Shown here piece after piece: positions 61,201 to 64,000 of a stretch of DNA of 64,000 nt (position 1 is its first letter; each line of letters begins with the position of its first letter). The translations under genes were made by a program, and so were the position numbers. The stretch is from NCBI GenBank assembly GCA_965195345.1, contig OZ239628.1:736001-800000 (forward strand), written 5' to 3'. Below the pieces are notes generated by a model that searched no databases, had not been told where the DNA came from, and saw only the letters and a program-made list of their open reading frames with translations. Source of the stretch: an uncultured Thiomicrospira sp. (lineage in GTDB: Bacteria; Pseudomonadota; Gammaproteobacteria; CAKMZV01).

Positions 61201-64000
61201 TGGAAATGTTTTTGACGCTTTAAAAGCGTTGATGCAGTTTCCAAATGGCCTACCTACTACTTCTTCAATGCTTGTTCAAGCGAGGTTCCCCATCACACGC
61301 ATTCGCTTAAGTGGTTATGATCTTGATGGTTCAGATAATACATTGTCTTGGCAAGTCACCAATGCATCTGGCGGTAGCATCACTACTTCCACAGTTTATA
61401 GTAGTACTGGTGCACAAACCTTAGAGATTGCTTATACCCCTGTGAACAACTTTTCAGGCACTGCAACCCTTGTTGTAAGCTTAGATGATGGTGATAGTGC
61501 TACACAAAATAGTACTGCCCGTGTATTAGTGGTTAATAGTACACCGATCCTAATACTCTCAACCAATACTATTAGCTTAGATGAAGACTTTATCAGCTTC
61601 ATCATTAACACCACTGCAACCGATGCAGCAGGGATAGCCGACTTTAGTGTTAGCACAGGAAATGGCGTTGTTGATGTAACAACAACTGCTGATGCAATTA
61701 CACTGCAATCACTTCCGAATATAAGTGGTACTGTAACCTTAACAGTCGTTGCGGATAGTGGTCTTTTGGCAAATACACAGACGATTAGCGTTGTGGTTAA
61801 TCCAGTCAACGACACCCCCACGCTGTCTTTATCTGTGACGCAAAGGGCGCTTGTTCAAGATTTTGGCACTTTCGTCATAAACACCACTGCAACCGATGTG
61901 GAATCAGGCCCATTGGGCTTTAGTGTCAGTACAGGTAATGGTATTGTTGATGTGACAACCTCTGTCAATACGATTACTCTGCGATCACTCGCTAATGTCA
62001 TAGGCGATGTGACGTTAACGGTTAGCGTAAGCGATGGACTATTAACGGGCACACAGTCCATTTTTATAACCGTTAGTAGGGCGTTTACGCTTGAAGTATC
62101 CACCAACACTATCGTTGTAGATGAAAATTTTACTACCTTTACCATCAACACCACTGCAACGGCTGCAGATGGGACTATATTACCTATTTCAGTGACGCAA
62201 AGCACGCCTAATCTACTTACATTTAGCACCACAACTGGGCGCATTACCCTTTCATCTATTGCGAATGCTAATGGAGTAACGACCCTTACCGTGAGTGCGG
62301 CTAATCAAAGTGGGCTAACGAACACGACAGAAGTGGCCATTACCATTAATTTCATTAATAACACTCCAACACTCAGTTTATCAAGCACAAACTTAACCTT
62401 ATTACCCAATAGTACTGGTTTGATAACTGCCTTTGGTGCGGATGTGGAAACAAGTAGTGCTTCATTGATCTATTCGGTACAACAAAATTCACCTTTGTTG
62501 CAGGTGATGACACAAGGAAATGCCATCGTGTTAAGAGCGGGTGATACTACAGGCTCGACCACTTTAGTGATAACCGTTACTGATGGCGATGGTTTAAGCG
62601 CTTCAGAAACTGCTCAAGTTACTGTTAGAGTTAGTTTTTTGAATATCGCTTTAAATGCTAAGCGCATCGATTTTTCTTGGAGTACATCCCTTACAGCTAA
62701 TCATTACCGCATGCTTAGCAATGTCGATTTGAATGCTGGTGGTGGTTTTGTTGATGCCAGTAGCGCAGGTTTGGTGTTTGTACCGAATAGTACGAATATT
62801 ATCAATACTACAGTCTCTGCGATAGTGGATGTAGCACGCTATCTTTCTACGGCTAATGGACCACAGTATCTACTAGAAGCTTGTAGTAGTGTGGATAATT
62901 CAGCCTGTGCTAATCATGCACTACAAACTTTGAGCAATGCCCAGTTAGAAGGGTTGATTGGTTACTTCAAAGCATCTAATACGGACATGGGAGATGAATT
63001 TGGTAGGACTGTAGCATTAAACCGTGATGGCAACACATTAGTTGTCGGTGCACCACTTGAGGACAGCACTGCCACTGGCATCAACGGCGATCAATTAGAT
63101 AATTCTTCAAGGGACTCTGGTGCAGTCTATGTATTTGTACGCAACAGTGCAGGCAGCTGGCGTCAACAAGCATACATTAAAGCCTCTAATACAGAAGCCG
63201 ATGACCGGTTTGGTGCAGCTTTAACAATAAGCAATGACGGTAATACTATAGTTGTCGGTGCACCACTTGAGGACAGCACCGCCACTGGCATCAACGGTGA
63301 TGAATTAGACAATTCTAGAAGTGACTCTGGTGCAGCCTATGTTTTTGTGCGTAGTAGTACCGGCACATGGAGTCAACAAGCTTACATCAAGACTTCTAAT
63401 CCAAATGCCAATGATCAATTTGGTGGTGCTGTAGTAATAAGCGGTGACAGCAATAGCCTAATCGTTGGAGTAGCTTTTGAAGACAGTGCTGCCACGGGCA
63501 TCGACGGCGATCAAACAAACAATGCAGCAGGTAATTCTGGTGCAGCTTATGTTTTTGTGCGCAGTAGCACAGGTACATGGAGCCAACAAGCTTATATTAA
63601 AGCCTCTAATTCAGGAGCTAGGGATCAGTTTGGTTTTGCTGTGTCGATGAGTGATGATGGTAATACCACCGTCGTTGGTGCACGTTTTGAAGCCAGCTTT
63701 GCCACGGGTATTGATGGTATTGAAAACAACAATGGGATAAATTTATCTGGAGCAGCCTACGTTTTTGTACGCAGTAGTACAGATAGTACATGGAGCCAAC
63801 AAGCTTATATTAAAGCCTCTAATACAGGAATGATTGATGAGTTTGGTACAGATGTAACGATGAGCAGTAATGGTAATACCATCGTCATTGGTGCCCCTTT
63901 TGAACGCAGCATCGCTACAGGCATCAACGGCGATCAATTGGACGATGAAGCTCTTTTTGCTGGTGCAGCCTATGTTTTTGTACGCAGTAGTGCGGGCAGT
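58265..64000 (+). CDS. Giant surface lipoprotein/adhesin 8 (at least 1912 aa, runs off the window; not in the ORF track), with lectin-like domain
   Basis: ATG GGA TAT ATA AAG start as in the paralogs; collinear homology; lectin-like domain at ~60820-61240; the last codons (VRSSAGS) are in frame with the start. Confidence 0.88.
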   Translation, partial: MGYIKRWAFLLLFVFLSACGGGGGGGTTPPSTNTAPSLSLSVNAVTLDEDFGTFIINTTATDAEDGDLPVAVTGQDASLFAVTTSTNQIILTSVANANGIATLTVSIVDSGNLSASTEVVVTINAINDTPTLVLSTTAISLNEDFGTFVINATATDVDDGVLLVTVTGQAGLLTTNITTDQITLASIANANGTATLTVSANDSGNLSVSTEVVVVINAINDTPTLTFSTTQFSLNANFMPQTIATATDVEDASLLLTFALSATDVVQITTVANRFILNPITNAFGETTITLTATDNSGNQSSQIFTVRVNGFPTLALSTQRVTLDEDFGAFIINTTATDVEDGVLPVAVTGQDVSLFAVTTSTNQIMLTSVANANGIATLTVSIVDSGNLSASTEVVVIVNAINDTPTLTFSTTQLSLNANFISQTIATATDVDDASLLLTFALSATDVVQITTVANRFILNPITNAFGDTTITLAVSDDDGARSSSQIFTVRVNAPTASTTPTLALSTQNITLDEDFGTFIINNTATDAEDGTLSVTVSGQTGLLTTNATTGQITLTSVADANGIVTLNVRAVDSGNLAISTEVVVTINAIDDTPVLTLSTTNLSLSEDFGTFIINTTASDGEDGVLSFTVSGQDASLLTVSTSINQIILTSVANANGTVTLTVSATDSDAVTVTTEVAITINAINDTPTLTLATTNITIVENATARQTISITDVADVEGSTLTFSVIASTSVFSSNPTSVVSFSDTRMITFSRQSTTAQLYYTLRPDSTGKGFIQIALTDGIDTQFTTVTVTVTEVKNPPQITQDFRTHRFFDARATRVGAVGGVLFAARGAFTRSLVTTSTDGTGNFGNQLNFSRSLGGSLAELYTEEAYNALLGSVLVANGAATEGLNDDRFWLGLTDMPNSFGVTVADQSSTDNRYFWLSGQRVSQGLGAARIDVPGVYIGWGASAPGNQGCANLIIADGVSAVSRPWSSNTCFGNVFDALKALMQFPNGLPTTSSMLVQARFPITRIRLSGYDLDGSDNTLSWQVTNASGGSITTSTVYSSTGAQTLEIAYTPVNNFSGTATLVVSLDDGDSATQNSTARVLVVNSTPILILSTNTISLDEDFISFIINTTATDAAGIADFSVSTGNGVVDVTTTADAITLQSLPNISGTVTLTVVADSGLLANTQTISVVVNPVNDTPTLSLSVTQRALVQDFGTFVINTTATDVESGPLGFSVSTGNGIVDVTTSVNTITLRSLANVIGDVTLTVSVSDGLLTGTQSIFITVSRAFTLEVSTNTIVVDENFTTFTINTTATAADGTILPISVTQSTPNLLTFSTTTGRITLSSIANANGVTTLTVSAANQSGLTNTTEVAITINFINNTPTLSLSSTNLTLLPNSTGLITAFGADVETSSASLIYSVQQNSPLLQVMTQGNAIVLRAGDTTGSTTLVITVTDGDGLSASETAQVTVRVSFLNIALNAKRIDFSWSTSLTANHYRMLSNVDLNAGGGFVDASSAGLVFVPNSTNIINTTVSAIVDVARYLSTANGPQYLLEACSSVDNSACANHALQTLSNAQLEGLIGYFKASNTDMGDEFGRTVALNRDGNTLVVGAPLEDSTATGINGDQLDNSSRDSGAVYVFVRNSAGSWRQQAYIKASNTEADDRFGAALTISNDGNTIVVGAPLEDSTATGINGDELDNSRSDSGAAYVFVRSSTGTWSQQAYIKTSNPNANDQFGGAVVISGDSNSLIVGVAFEDSAATGIDGDQTNNAAGNSGAAYVFVRSSTGTWSQQAYIKASNSGARDQFGFAVSMSDDGNTTVVGARFEASFATGIDGIENNNGINLSGAAYVFVRSSTDSTWSQQAYIKASNTGMIDEFGTDVTMSSNGNTIVIGAPFERSIATGINGDQLDDEALFAGAAYVFVRSSAGS

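Noticed and set aside
24701-63937. Many recurring minus-strand and alternate-frame ORFs in the array
   Set aside because: They are shadows of the repetitive adhesin frame and recur only because the DNA repeats

Overview
Chromosomal DNA, roughly 40% GC by eye, most consistent with a marine or host-associated gammaproteobacterium (inferred from gene content and order). 1-24.5 kb is mostly housekeeping and metabolic: class II aldolase and lsrK, a LysR regulator with an orphan betaine-type binding protein, tRNA-Val/tRNA-Asp, rnc-era-recO-pdxJ-acpS, M23 peptidase-apbC-dcd-dadA-like, tRNA-Gln-prs, argS-SPOR-hisI-pyrC-cysS, a porin and an aldehyde dehydrogenase. From 24.8 kb to the window end is a head-to-tail array of at least 8 paralogous giant lipoprotein genes: 6 complete, 1 broken and 1 running off the end. 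Each has a lipobox with a poly-Gly tether, a variable-length cadherin-like stalk, an optional C-type-lectin-like domain, an FN3-like domain and an FG-GAP/integrin-type propeller, which has 7 blades in every complete copy. A conserved ~250-bp spacer separates the genes. The paralogs are mosaics of one another, with variation concentrated in predicted binding loops. One copy is reduced to a single repeat by a microhomology deletion and is split cleanly by a 1274-bp foreign, mosaic-looking insert (rhodanese-like ORF plus LysE) that has no transposase, terminal repeats or target-site duplication. All family calls come from motif recognition; no searches were run.
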